A stretch of 64,000 bases of DNA, from NCBI RefSeq assembly GCF_001194135.2, contig NC_068986.1, positions 112,153,175 to 112,217,174 on the forward strand, written 5' to 3'. Shown piece after piece: positions 50,968-64,000 of this stretch. The position numbers were made by a program, and so were the translations under genes. Positions within the stretch are counted from its first letter, which is position 1. Each line of letters opens with the position of its first letter. Under the pieces are notes generated by a model. It saw only the letters and a program-made list of their open reading frames with translations. It was not told the DNA's origin and searched no databases. Source of the DNA: Octopus bimaculoides. Taxonomy: Eukaryota.

Positions 50968-53900
50968 NNNNNNNNNNNNNNNNNNNNNNNNNNNNNNNNN
51001 NNNNNNNNNNNNNNNNNNNNNNNNNNNNNNNNNNNNNNNNNNNNNNNNNNNNNNNNNNNNNNNNNNNNNNNNNNNNNNNNNNNNNNNNNNNNNNNNNNNN
51101 NNNNNNNNNNNNNNNNNNNNNNNNNNNNNNNNNNNNNNNNNNNNNNNNNNNNNNNNNNNNNNNNNNNNNNNNNNNNNNNNNNNNNNNNNNNNNNNNNNNN
51201 NNNNNNNNNNNNNNNNNNNNNNNNNNNNNNNNNNNNNNNNNNNNNNNNNNNNNNNNNNNNNNNNNNNNNNNNNNNNNNNNNNNNNNNNNNNNNNNNNNNN
51301 NNNNNNNNNNNNNNNNNNNNNNNNNNNNNNNNNNNNNNNNNNNNNNNNNNNNNNNNNNNNNNNNNNNNNNNNNNNNNNNNNNNNNNNNNNNNNNNNNNNN
51401 NNNNNNNNNNNNNNNNNNNNNNNNNNNNATATATATATATATTGTATTTTATGATATTATATGTACGTATGTACGTATGTTGTACGTATAACGTAAAATT
51501 GCATAGAATTTTCTTTTGGAAAGGGACAAAAAAGACGAACAAAATATAACAATTTGTGATATCTAAAGAAAGGAAACAAAGAAGTAAAGATAGAGTAAAT
51601 TCTTTCGGATTACAATGGAAAATAGAGGCAGCAGCAACGAATCTATCTTTCTTTGTTTGTATTCACTTTACGTGAGGTGGAAGCGTCGCATATAGATAAA
51701 TCGTAGATAAACAAAGACGCCTGACATGGGCACGTAACGTGCGCAAGTAAACGCAGATACAAATATGAGCAAGAGGTAGTCACTAAAACCTCATTTCGAC
51801 CCAAAGAGACGGAGTTAAGTTGAATCGATGGGGAATACGAAAGGAACCGGAGAGACAGAGTGATCCCGAAACGGAAAAGTCTAGCATTGTTCTTCGTTGA
51901 GTCAAATGATTCTGTGTTGGGATTTCCTCGAGTGGACAAGTGTCTCATTCATTATTCAATCATTCAAGGCCCTTTGATTTTGTCGTTGGATACATACATA
52001 ACTACACACATATGTAAATACATACATAATTACACACACATGTTTATGTATATATATATATATATATATATNNNNNNNNNNNNNNNNNNNNNNNNNNNNN
52101 NNNNNNNNNNNNNNNNNNNNNNNNNNNNNNNNNNNNNNNNNNNNNNNNNNNNNNNNNNNNNNNNNNNNNNNNNNNNNNNNNNNNNNNNNNNNNNNNNNNN
52201 NNNNNNNNNNNNNNNNNNNNNNNNNNNNNNNNNNNNNNNNATATAAAAGAAATAATTAAGATACATTTGAATTAGGTACTTAAGTTGAAGCACGAAGTCA
52301 GTCTTATATCAACCGTACAGCTCGAAATAAGGTGAATAAAATCAAAATGAGCTACAGCATATGAAGTATTAAAGCAGTACGACCGTTTCAAGCAACTCTA
52401 ATTAAATGAACAATGCAATCATTACATCAATTTAAATGCAGTGCTATCTTCAGCCGCACAAAATATAGACACTTTTTCACAAGCATGTCACATTAATATA
52501 ATTTTTCTTAAATAAGAGAGTAAGAAAATGGAAGAAATTCATGTTGTCACTATTGTAGCAGAGTGGTTAAGAATAGACTGACTTTTCTTAGAATCACATG
52601 GAGCATAGTGGGGTCATAGAGTTGTAATTGTTGTAATTCATTTCTGCTTTATTTATCTCTTTATCCGCTATTAAATCTGGGATTATAAGACTGTGTTTAC
52701 TTTGAATAAAGAACAAGAGTGATCTGGCAGCTCATGGCTATGTGTGGTCGGAAATATTACCATAGCTAAAGGAAATAAGACGTTACAAAGAGTCAATTTG
52801 ACGGAAGTAAATATCTATAGGGGTAGACTTTAAATCATGATGTTCATTAGCTTTACGGGGGCAAGGCACTAAGAAACTTAAGATGCTGATACAGGGAAAA
52901 TTTATTAGGGGCACGAAGCGGAAACATTTATAAACAGTATTGTTGTGTTGTATAAAATAAAATTTAAGAATTCTAAAATGAGATCATAACCAAAATAGCT
53001 AAGAGGTGTGTATGTATCAATTATAAACTTTAAAAAGGAGGATTATGTAGAATCAGTTTAATAGCCGTTCTTGTACTTAATTAATTAATAAGTGATTTCT
53101 ATAAAGACGGCTCAAGGCACGTATATATGGAATATCTGGAAAGATATACATAGTATCTACTAATTTTAAGCCATAAATCAGATGCGGGATATTGAGATAA
53201 TGGTAATACATAGACATATTTAAGCATAACTTATAAAAGCTAAAGTATAAACAATATAAATAGACGAAAAATGTGCTGATATAAGTATGTGTAAAGTGCA
53301 AAATAATGCATACAAGCACATAAACAAAGAGTGGTTTTTGTTTTTTATATATGTACATGCAAACTCACTTACACATGCACACACACACACACACATACAC
53401 ATACACGCACACACACACACACACGTATATATATATATATACATATACACAAATATTTATTCGCCGATATGAATATAGTATAAGCATCTTGCATAGATCT
53501 ATGTAACTGAAAAATATCAATTTAAGAACGAAAAAAAAAACAATTTATAAGGGATAAGAGGTTAAAAAGTAAGGATATCAAACTAAGAAAACAAAATAAT
53601 AAGACATATATATAAAGAGAAAAGGGATTAAAATTAGAGACAGGGAACAGATAAAGGTAACCTGAAAAATGCGGTAATAGGTTTGAAAGTAGTGAGGGCA
53701 ATTACAGGTATTGTAAAATACAGGTGTTATTGTATGTATGATTTTATAGTTTCTAGGGGGTATATGATATAATCGAAAGGAGACTTACATAAAGACCCTA
53801 CAAGTATACTTAATATGACTAGTAAGGTAGAACATCATAGAAAGGAAAAATTGTGTAATCACCAAAATAGGATGAAGTCAGAGTAACTAGGCAGGGGGGA

Positions 53901-54672
53901 TCATGGGATAATACTAAATATTGCACACTATATGACACAACACATTTAAATTGTAGTCTATTCTTAGATACATATATATATATATATATATANNNNNNNN
54001 NNNNNNNNNNNNNNNNNNNNNNNNNNNNNNNNNNNNNNNNNNNNNNNNNNNNNNNNNNNNNNNNNNNNNNNNNNNNNNNNNNNNNNNNNNNNNNNNNNNN
54101 NNNNNNNNNNNNNNNNNNNNNNNNNNNNNNNNNNNNNNNNNNNNNNNNNNNNNNNNNNNNNNNNNNNNNNNNNNNNNNNNNNNNNNNNNNNNNNNNNNNN
54201 NNNNNNNNNNNNNNNNNNNNNNNNNNNNNNNNNNNNNNNNNNNNNNNNNNNNNNNNNNNNNNNNNNNNNNNNNNNNNNNNNNNNNNNNNNNNNNNNNNNN
54301 NNNNNNNNNNNNNNNNNNNNNNNNNNNNNNNNNNNNNNNNNNNNNNNNNNNNNNNNNNNNNNNNNNNNNNNNNNNNNNNNNNNNNNNNNNNNNNNNNNNN
54401 NNNNNNNNNNNNNNNNNNNNNNNNNNNNNNNNNNNNNNNNNNNNNNNNNNNNNNNNNNNNNNNNNNNNNNNNNNNNNNNNNNNNNNNNNNNNNNNNNNNN
54501 NNNNNNNNNNNNNNNNNNNNNNNNNNNNNNNNNNNNNNNNNNNNNNNNNNNNNNNNNNNNNNNNNNNNNNNNNNNNNNNNNNNNNNNNNNNNNNNNNNNN
54601 NNNNNNNNNNNNNNNNNNNNNNNNNNNNNNNNNNNNNNNNNNNNNNNNNNNNNNNNNNNNNNNNNNNNNNNN

Positions 54673-54708
<36 letters not shown>

Positions 54709-55277
54709 GCATATATACATACATACATGCATACTTTTATGCATACGCACATATGGACACATACATATGCACACACACACGGCGTATTTATTCGCTTTTC
54801 GCCTTGGTTTTCGCTTTAAATTGAATATTTCATTTCCTAGCGTGTACTCCCATTACAATCATAACCCAGAAGCCAGTATATATTTATATCTGGCACATCT
54901 ATTACTCAATATATTTAATATCTCCCTCGTGTCACTAAACAACAATGGCAACAACAGCAACAAAAACTCATTGTTCGTCTTCCTTATAACTACACGATAA
55001 TGTAATGTCGCAATAATCACGGCAAATCTTGTAATAATTTTATGCCTCCATTGAAAGTATTTAGTATCCTGACATGTTAAAACGGCTGTTATATTGCCTT
55101 GTATTTAGTTTATTCTCCATGGTGTCATCGTCAATGACAATATATAGAGAGATGTGTTAATATACAGTCTACAATAGATAAAAGCTGACCGATCAATGTA
55201 CTGAGTGTATTAAATGTTTATAAAAGACATATATTTAATATATTTAGTACAGACCGTTCTGTGTTATTATTTATACA

Positions 55278-55480
55278 AAGCAAGGCGGTGAGCAGGTAGA
55301 ATCGTTAGTACGTTCTGCAAAACGCTGAGGTTCTGCGTTCAATTGCCGCCGTGGTCGGCTTTGCCTTTGATCCTTCTCGGGTCGGTAAAATAAGTACCAG
55401 TTGTACACTGTGTCAACATTATCGACTTCCCTCCTTCCTCGAAATTGCTGTATTTGTGTCAAAATGTTAAACTATTATTT
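55278..55480 (+). mobile_element. SINE family A
   Basis: aaggcggtgagcaggtagaatcgttag...gtcggtaaaataagtaccagttg...gaaattgctg. Confidence 0.8.
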
Positions 55481-57119
55481 ATCGATCGTAAGCTTGCGTG
55501 CAACTAGATCCGTTAAGCACACCTAGCTCATATAATCTGGATACGAAGACAGAAGTTCAATTTAGAATCACCCCTAATGATTTCTTTTTTGCTTGTTTAT
55601 TTCTGTACTTTATGTTTTGATTCGAATTGTAATTTGCATCTCATTATATGTAGGGATTTAGTTTCCTCTCTAAACTGCTGAAAATGACATATCATTTGGG
55701 GTATGCATTCTCACACTGAGTGAAAGGACGAAGGACTTGTTTAAACAATCACCTCAAGAGGTGCAATTACACCTTGGATGCTTGATAATGCTTACACAAT
55801 ATCTCACAAATGAACTACAAGTATCAAAATGTAACGAAGCAATTGAAATATTTTAAAATACAGAATGCTGTTCATTCTATCAGATAAATAATGTCGTTCA
55901 TTCCATTCTACGGATACGACGGAATTTCTGTTGGTGTATTTAGTAGGAAGTGCACTTAACTGTATGACATTAGGTAACCAAATACTGTGAAGGAGTTTTG
56001 CACAGCATTCTGCAAGACTTTTACTCGTTTCTTATTTGAGGACGGTATCATTAAATCGCGGACATGATACTGTACTCCATGTACCGACGGTGTATGGCAT
56101 TTTTGAACATCTACGAAGGGCATACATGGTATTGAACATGTCACGCCCTACAATCTCGATGTGCTGGATCCGCTCATTGTCAGAACACATGACAACGACC
56201 CACAAACTGTGGTGAAAGTGCACCCAACAAATCGACTTTTTCAGATCTATCAAAAATTAATCTCTGACATAATGAAATGAAAACATTTTTCACAGAAATA
56301 CACCTCTTGTGTTTCTTTTGCGACTCAGTGTATACCAGTGCTATTCACTGTTCCTAGTTCACGGACTTCCCGGCTATTTACAATTCACATTCCCTGTTCT
56401 AAATTGATATGACTTTTATCAATACTTTTTTTAATATGGAATTTATAGTAAATAATTCCTATAAATTCAAATATATTAAGATATTTTGGGATTTCTTTGC
56501 TCGAATTAATGAGAATTGTTTGTGCTGAGGGCATTAACTTTCTACGATCTCTTCTGCAGTTTTGTTCATTATAAACAGCATTTCAATTTTCTCAGGAATC
56601 TAAAACACCAATTGTTTCCTTCCTTATATAGCTTCTCTCCCTCTCTCACTTCTTTCAACGTAAACAAGACTTTGAATATCTGGAAACAAAAGACAACTTT
56701 CGCGATGATACATACACACATAAATACATAGATGCATATGTGTATGTGTGTATGTGTGTATGCGTACGTGTGTGCGTATGTATCAACATTAAAAACCACA
56801 TATACTTAACGCACACAGCAAGTGTGTTTCCCTGTAAACTACATTTTAGCTTGGTAGAGAAGACTCTCTCAAAAGCGCTGGGTGTCAAAAGCCACAATGA
56901 TAGCGAAGCACAACTGTCTGATATTACAGATGGGTTATCTAACCTGTCTATGACTTCCTGGTCTTTTCACAACCTGCGCTTTGTGAGAGTTGTCTTTACC
57001 ACACCATACCCAACCTACCGGTAAATACACAGAGCATATATATATTTCAAGAATGTTGTTGATAATAATTATCACACAGACACTGCTTCTATTTTATCTC
57101 TTTCTCCCCCCCCTCTCTC

Positions 57120-57420
57120 TGATTGAATCTCCCGTCGAGGGCGACATATGACTGTTTAGCTTTTGCCGAAGGACCTGCACATATGATTTGTTACTAGTGA
57201 TTAAGTGTACGTGCTGTACATTAGCTCTCGCTCCTTGAATCAAATCTGTGTTGGCTCAACAAGTGCGCAGTGTACCATTTGTCAGATGTCGAAGCGATTG
57301 CAGAGCTACGTGAGATGAAATGCTCTGCTCAAGAACACAACACACCACCTGATCTAGGAATTAAATCCATAATCTCTGGATCTTGAGTGCTACGCAGTAG
57401 CCACTACGCCATGCGACTTC
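57120..57420 (-). mobile_element. CORE-like SINE
   Basis: Minus strand: A box tggcgtagtgg, then tgtgttgtgttcttgagcagagcatttcatctcac. Confidence 0.65.
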
Positions 57421-57959
57421 ACACACACAAACATACACACATACACAGCACGTGAAAAAACACACACAAATACTCATTCTTAACCAACTAGTGAGAAAAT
57501 GTTTTGTAATTCTATAACTTGTTTCTATTTCAGAGCTATTACTGCCACTGCTGCTATTTCTTAGTAAGACTCAAAAGCCGAAAGAGCTCATCTATGGCGA
57601 AAGTGAAGTGACTAATTTTTCTCAGCCCAGATCAGCCCCGACAGAATATACGCGTGATCAAATGCAGAACAGTCATGTAGTTCCGCACCTATTAAATACG
57701 AATAAACTACCTGGTCAAACGCAATTCATTTATACAGTGACTTTACTTACCACCAAATGTTAAACCAAATATGACTTATTCTGTCTCACTGTTTTCATTT
57801 TATTCTCAACTTAAAATTGTTTTCTACAATCTCAAAATTCTTCTAAACGTAAGCACTTTCTTTTCGTTACTTCCGTGGGTATCACTGTAAAGCTATCACT
57901 CTCCGGGTATTTTCGGTATTCAAATACGTGTAATAATTCTTGATGTTCAAACTCTTCTT

Positions 57960-59720
57960 CTCAATTTACAAGGAGATTGGTTGAAATGAAATCCAAATCA
58001 ATTACACAACCTGAACTTTGTTGGATTCTTATTCCTTTGGAATTATCTCTTCCACTCGTATATAACCAAACACACCAGACATTAAATCTCCAAGTGGCAA
58101 AGTGGGTATCGCAGTAGGTCAGATGTCTATGAAGTTGAAACCTCCCTCTACAACACCCAGGGCTGTAGCAAGGTGCACACAATCACCAAATGGGAATCGT
58201 TCACAGATCACCACAACGCAGACAACATAACTCTAGGCAACCCAATCATTAACATTATACAACTCAGATGTTAAAATCCCTCACCTCTCCTTACACACAT
58301 TAACAGAGTTTAACCAGGTAGAAGCACGACCAGGTTTCACTGATTGTTTCAGATGATTATTGAAATGTAAGCAAATAGAGGTATGCTCTCGAAACAACCA
58401 AACCAGGCTCAGCATACCATCGATGATGTGACTGATGGAAAGGAAGCTGCACCATTTCCCAATCAATTACATTTATGTAGACCGCTATGCATTCAACAAA
58501 CTTCTCATCTGCTTTGCTCAATGGAAATTGCATCTCCGTCGATTAAAGCTCCAGCTTTTGTTGTTTATTTTACTTCATAATTTACATTCAACTTCCTTTC
58601 CCAAACTGACCTCCACCTCAAGAACAGAATCACCAAATATAACGATATCAATGACAAATAGAACAAAAGATGTTTGTTAAAGTTTCAGTCAGTCCCACCG
58701 TCTCTTATTAGCGCGTGGTATCCTGATGAAAATTATTTATTCACCTGGGGTTTAAGATTTCTACCTCTAAGGAAAAACTAGTCTCAATATGAATACATAT
58801 TTGATCGTGCCAATACAAAATATTGCACCAACTTTCAAGCTTAAAAACGAATGGAGACGATTTCAAAAGAAGCGACTTCCTCATTTTTCCGTCTTGACTG
58901 AAATAGCATATTATATAATTGTGATTGGCAGGAAAGGCAATAAGCTTAGGAGCTTCCTCTCTATCGAATCTGCAAGTATCAGTCTTCCTTGTCAAAACAC
59001 TCCTGTACTTTGTACGTTGACAATCTCATTCTTAGCGACACACTATGCAGAATGATTTAATACAATGCTCGCCGCCGCCCTAATTTCCCCTCTTTACGTT
59101 AATGTCTTTCTTGCTTGGTTTAGCCACTGATGGCTGCTATGTTGCTGTGAATTAATGTATTTATTCAGCAGCAATTAATACAAATTTCTTAATGCAAAGA
59201 TAACCACTTAGACGGTGACATGCTAGCTGAAGTATGTACAGAATCTCAACACAAGTAAATACTGGTCTGTAACACGACTGACCTCTTCAAGCCAACGGAA
59301 TGAATTTAAATGTCAAGTAATTCTATGACTGGCAGGTATCACTAATCGAAATATTCAGCAAAAATTCCTAATTGATTGAATAACTCAGCTGAATATTATT
59401 GCAAATCCATCAGAATTTCGAGAGACATTTAAGTAGTTCCACATCGAATGGATCTGGGGAAATACACCAGTAAGGTTTCCAAAGATTAATAAGAGAAATG
59501 GTTATTTTGTACCAGGTCTGCAATTACTTCCAGTTATAATAATCCAGGCTTTTATTCAAATACAGTTTAGCTAGCACTATATTATCCAGTATTTAAGATG
59601 ATAGGGCGTGATTAAGATATAGAATTATAGGCTAATTCCTGCAGGCTGAAAGACCATGAAGAAGGCTGTTGGTGGACAAATCCAGATACATTGCATTCGC
59701 CTGTTAAAATTACTTGCATG
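57960..59720 (-). mobile_element. Highly decayed CR1/L2-group LINE RT region
   Basis: In the correct order on the minus strand: AMYLDLS (cf. IYLDFSKAFD), a GVPQGS-like block at about 59470, an IFADD-like block at about 59360, and GDLMSGVF (cf. RGDLIEVF) at about 58090. Confidence 0.4.
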
Positions 59721-61127
59721 TTATACATTCCTAAAATTACACATATAATATCTGTTTCAAATTATGATACAAAACCAGCAATTCCGACCCCAATGCTTAA
59801 AGGGTACTTAGTTTACCGAATCGCGAAAGGATGGAATCAAATATCGAACCCGGCAACATCTGAACTCAGAAGAAATGCCGCCTTAAATACAATCTAAGAT
59901 TAAATAGTATAAGCGTGAGGGGATCGTGGGATTTAGTTCTGAAAACTATACTTGGTATCAGGTATAAACCAATGATTTTTAGAGAGACAACGTCGTGTAG
60001 TATCTCACTTGAGAATAAAAAAATTAAATCTTTAGTATATATAATTCTAAATTAGCAATAGACACACTTGACATTTTCACACTCTCTTGTGAAACAAATT
60101 GATATTTGTGCATTTTATTTCACTGTGTTATCATAATAACTAAAATAACAACTTCGTAATTCATTGGTGTTATAAGAAGAATTACGCTATGGTGTAATGC
60201 ATGTATAGGCGACCGTTTTTTGAGAAGCGCCATTACCAGGCAAGCCGCACTACTAAAAGATTTCAAGGATATATATATTTTTTTTTCAGAAAATCCAGTT
60301 CGACATGATAGGTTCATGGCGGGTTTAGAATCAATATCCCAGTCGGCAGTATACTTTACACTGTTTTGCTGCCAGAATTTATACAATCGGCGTGAGACCA
60401 TCTACGCTTTATGAAGAGATTTTATATATAGTCACCTTATTTGGTTAAAGGCTGATGCAGGAAACATACGGACATTAAATAAGTCGGAAAAATGCGGGCG
60501 ATAGTCACGACAATTGATGGAAGGGGGGTGGAAATGTTCCTTGGTCTTTTAAGACTTGCAAATCCTTTTGAACCATTTAAAGAAGAGTCGCGTTTGCCTC
60601 ATCATCAATCTATTAATTCCACATAGAGATCGACCAGTAATTGTTGAAGTTAAACCTCAACCATAGAAATATCACAAGTCAGTTCGCCTGCACAGATCTT
60701 AGGTACGACCTCATTTCTCATGATTAATTTATAAAACAATATTCAATGTAACCAATGAAAAGGTAGCATACACATTTTTCTGTTATGATGGCATCAAAAT
60801 TAAAGAAATAATAAGTATTCAATAAAATTCGAGATCAATTTAATATACGCATATTTGAAAGTAGGATCTTTATTAATTTATTAGAAACACCTAGAATGTG
60901 CATTAATTTAGTGTTTGAATGCACACACAAAGTACACACACACACACACACGCACGCAAACATGCACGCACGCGCACACACATACAAGCATGCGCATGAA
61001 AGCAAACGACAGTATAAACGTGTATGCAATTACACCCATCCACATATATATCCACACAGCTACATTTATGTATTATATGTTTATATGTATATATATGTAT
61101 GTATATATATATATATATGAATGTATA

Positions 61128-61170
<43 letters not shown>

Positions 61171-62391
61171 ATACATATACATGTTTATGATATTATATAT
61201 ACGCACATGTATATATAATATACATGCGACCGCGCTACTGTACGTGCGTGTGCGTGTGTGTGCACACATGCGAGAGTATATATATGCATATACATGAATA
61301 ACCGTTCATGTATATTTTTCTATATTATACAAATGAATATATACGTGTGTATATGTGACTTTCTTTCTATGTCCCCCAACCAGTCTGTCTGTCTTTTGCA
61401 TGTCTCTCTGTCTCTGTCTCTCTCCCTATCTATATATAATACACACAAACACACACTTACCTACACACAATTACACATGCATAGTAGATATTTTCCAGTG
61501 TGTATGTAGCAGTATATATGTACTTTGTATAGAAATGTGTGTTATAACTTATGAAATTAATACATTTATTTTATGTTTGTCGTATGCACAGAAAAATAAT
61601 TAGTTTTCCATTGTATATCAAATATATTTGCTTTTCCGTTCGTTTACTTTCATCTGTCTATATAAATATATAAACATTTATTTTGGTGCTTTTCAATTAA
61701 GTATTAATTCGACCAATTAGCTCGTTCCGTTGTGCTCTTAATGATGACGTCAACATATCTTCAACATTTGTCTCGTTGCAAATATACATGACGATCTCAG
61801 TGTATAAATATCCAACATTACTGTGTCCGATATATTGTTTCCGTTTTAGATATGTACGTGTTTGTGTGTGTGTGTGTGTGTGTGTTTGTGAGAGTATGAA
61901 TCTGCTCTTATATGTTCACACGTGCATTATGTTATTAAACATATATATTTACATCTATTTCTATGTGTATATGCATATGTTAGACGCATACACATTAATA
62001 TGTACATATGTACTTACTATATACACATACATATATATGTATATGCATAAAAGTGCAACAATATATGTGTATGTGTAAGTGTATGTATGTATGCTTATGC
62101 GTGTGTATGTATATATAATACATATACATATACATGTATACATCTATATACAGGAATGTTTGAAATACTGAAGAAGGCATGCGCTTTACGAGCAAGTTAC
62201 GCACTATATGAAAATACCTTCCTTAAAGGTGTGTAAAATTCTTTTTTAAAGAATACTTAATTCTTGTTAAGAAATAATTTTTTCCATTGTGACTGCATCA
62301 AGTATTATTTACTATAACATATATCTGTCTAATTTTGTTTGTGTACATAAGTACAAGTGTGTGTCTTATGTATGTATATATGTATGTATGT

Positions 62392-62787
62392 CATTATCCA
62401 GTTTATTTCAAGATTTCTTGCCAATGAAAAAACAAGCGGTTTCTAACCTAGAACCAATGTTCCTTAACTGTAATTTCAACACCAACAATAGAGTATTTTC
62501 GTTTGAGTGTATGGATGTATGTGTATGTGCAGATTTGTATGTCTTATGTAAATATTCTCATTCATATGGTTGCATATCTAGACATGATAAACTCCTGGAA
62601 AGTTTTACAGATTGTTACAGGTTCGGGGATGGACTGGATCTGTAGTCTTCGAAATTAGCTTCCTCCTTTCCGGTTTTGTGAATCGTAATTCCTCAAGATT
62701 GGTATTTAGGCAGTGTGTTACATATCCCAGGGCCCTACTATTTGCCGGTATAAACCTGAACTTGTAATCTGGATAGAGTAACTGCAT
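62392..62787 (-). mobile_element. 3' end of the second RLE retrotransposon family, copy 2
   Basis: MQLLYPDYKFRFIP...RALGYVTHCLNTNLEEL...KPERRKL is an RLE C-terminal segment; the 3' UTR matches 42961-43210; (TATG)n lies on both sides. Confidence 0.8.
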
Positions 62788-63283
62788 ATGTACGTATATA
62801 TGTATGTATATATGAATGTATGTATGTATGTATGTAGGTACGTATATAAGTAAGTATCTATGTATGTATTTATATATGTGTGTATTGTTGAAGACATATT
62901 TCCCACAGTGCATCAAATAGTTAATGTATTTTTTTATGATTCACTTTAGCCGTTGTTGTGGTTATAGAATCCGTCACAGAAAAACATTTAACTTTTGTGA
63001 CGTCATCGGATGTTAGTAAATGGAAACCTACGCAGGAATTTGCAGCACCAGTAAAATACATTGCAGTTGATAGCGGGGAAAATTGAAGAAAGGAAAAATC
63101 GTGCCGAAAAATTGGTTTCTATTTCATTGCGCGCCTCAAAGAGATCTAATGATGGCAGATAACAATTATACAGCAATTTAAAATCAACTAAATTGCCAGT
63201 GATTTAGATACAGAATGAGCTAGTCGGCTATAAATACACACATCCACACATAGATATTTCTGAACACATGTATGTATGAATGC

Positions 63284-63328
63284 ATATATCTATCTAATTA
63301 TCTATCTATCTATCTATCTATATATATA

Positions 63329-63360
<32 letters not shown>

Positions 63361-63381
63361 AATCTATCTCTCTCTCCCCCC

Positions 63382-63463
<82 letters not shown>
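63284..63463. repeat. Compound (TATC)n(TC)n(TA)n microsatellite
   Basis: Direct inspection. Confidence 0.95.
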
Positions 63464-63466
<3 letters not shown>

Positions 63467-64000
63467 CTCGAATAGATAGAGTGGTGGAATAAATAGAGTG
63501 AGAGAGACAATTGGTGTAATTTGCCAAGAATGTTTGAGAGATATTTGAATTATTTCAATAGTAATTGTTAAGATGCTAAGTAATTGGAATATAGTTTTAA
63601 AGAACATTTCGTTGCTATTCATATATTTATATATCACGTTCCTTCATTTGATATGTCTATTGTGTGATTGTTATCCAACAATGTGATAAAATTAGCTTTT
63701 TAAATCAACTGAAAGTAAAGAGAAATAGCATCAACATTGATGGAAAATTTGGGATATATTCCAATGTCTTTGATTAATGATGTTTATTTTAGTGCTTTGA
63801 AACTAAATATATTTTCCATTTTCTTGTTTGCTTCTAGAGCGTCTCTCGCTAAAGTCGATAGAATTCTGCTACTATCCAGAATGTCACCAGGTCAGATCAC
63901 GTGATATCAATGTCTTGCTCAGAGGATACAACGTATTTAATCGTCACTATTTTAACACACATATCATAAAGAGATCCCTGATGCTAAGTAACCAAGCAGC

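Overview
AT-rich, microsatellite-saturated eukaryotic DNA with 19 N-gaps (about 6.5 kb; 16 of them touch a (TA)n tract). The repeat landscape looks like a coleoid cephalopod, probably Octopus; that is an inference from repeat families I recognise, not from a marker gene. I find no intact host gene, rRNA, bona fide tRNA or CRISPR array, and almost all ORFs in the supplied track are microsatellite or N-gap artefacts. The window is mostly decayed mobile DNA: several tRNA-derived SINE families; many fragments of restriction-like-endonuclease (RLE, R4/Dong-like) non-LTR retrotransposons; RTE, CR1-like and Gypsy remnants; maT-like, mariner and pogo-like transposase remnants; a hAT MITE with an 8-bp TSD; and a piggyBac-type MITE dimer. 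The most interesting signals are (1) a Pol III/tRNA-headed short element whose 3' part carries a Penelope-type minimal hammerhead ribozyme core (7009-7290), (2) RLE retrotransposons sitting in microsatellites, including a family with both copies beside (TATG)n, (3) a defined ~530-bp non-coding element present twice between triplet microsatellites, and (4) weak candidates for a minus-strand spliced transcript at 35-40 kb. Most repeat boundaries are approximate, set by eye.
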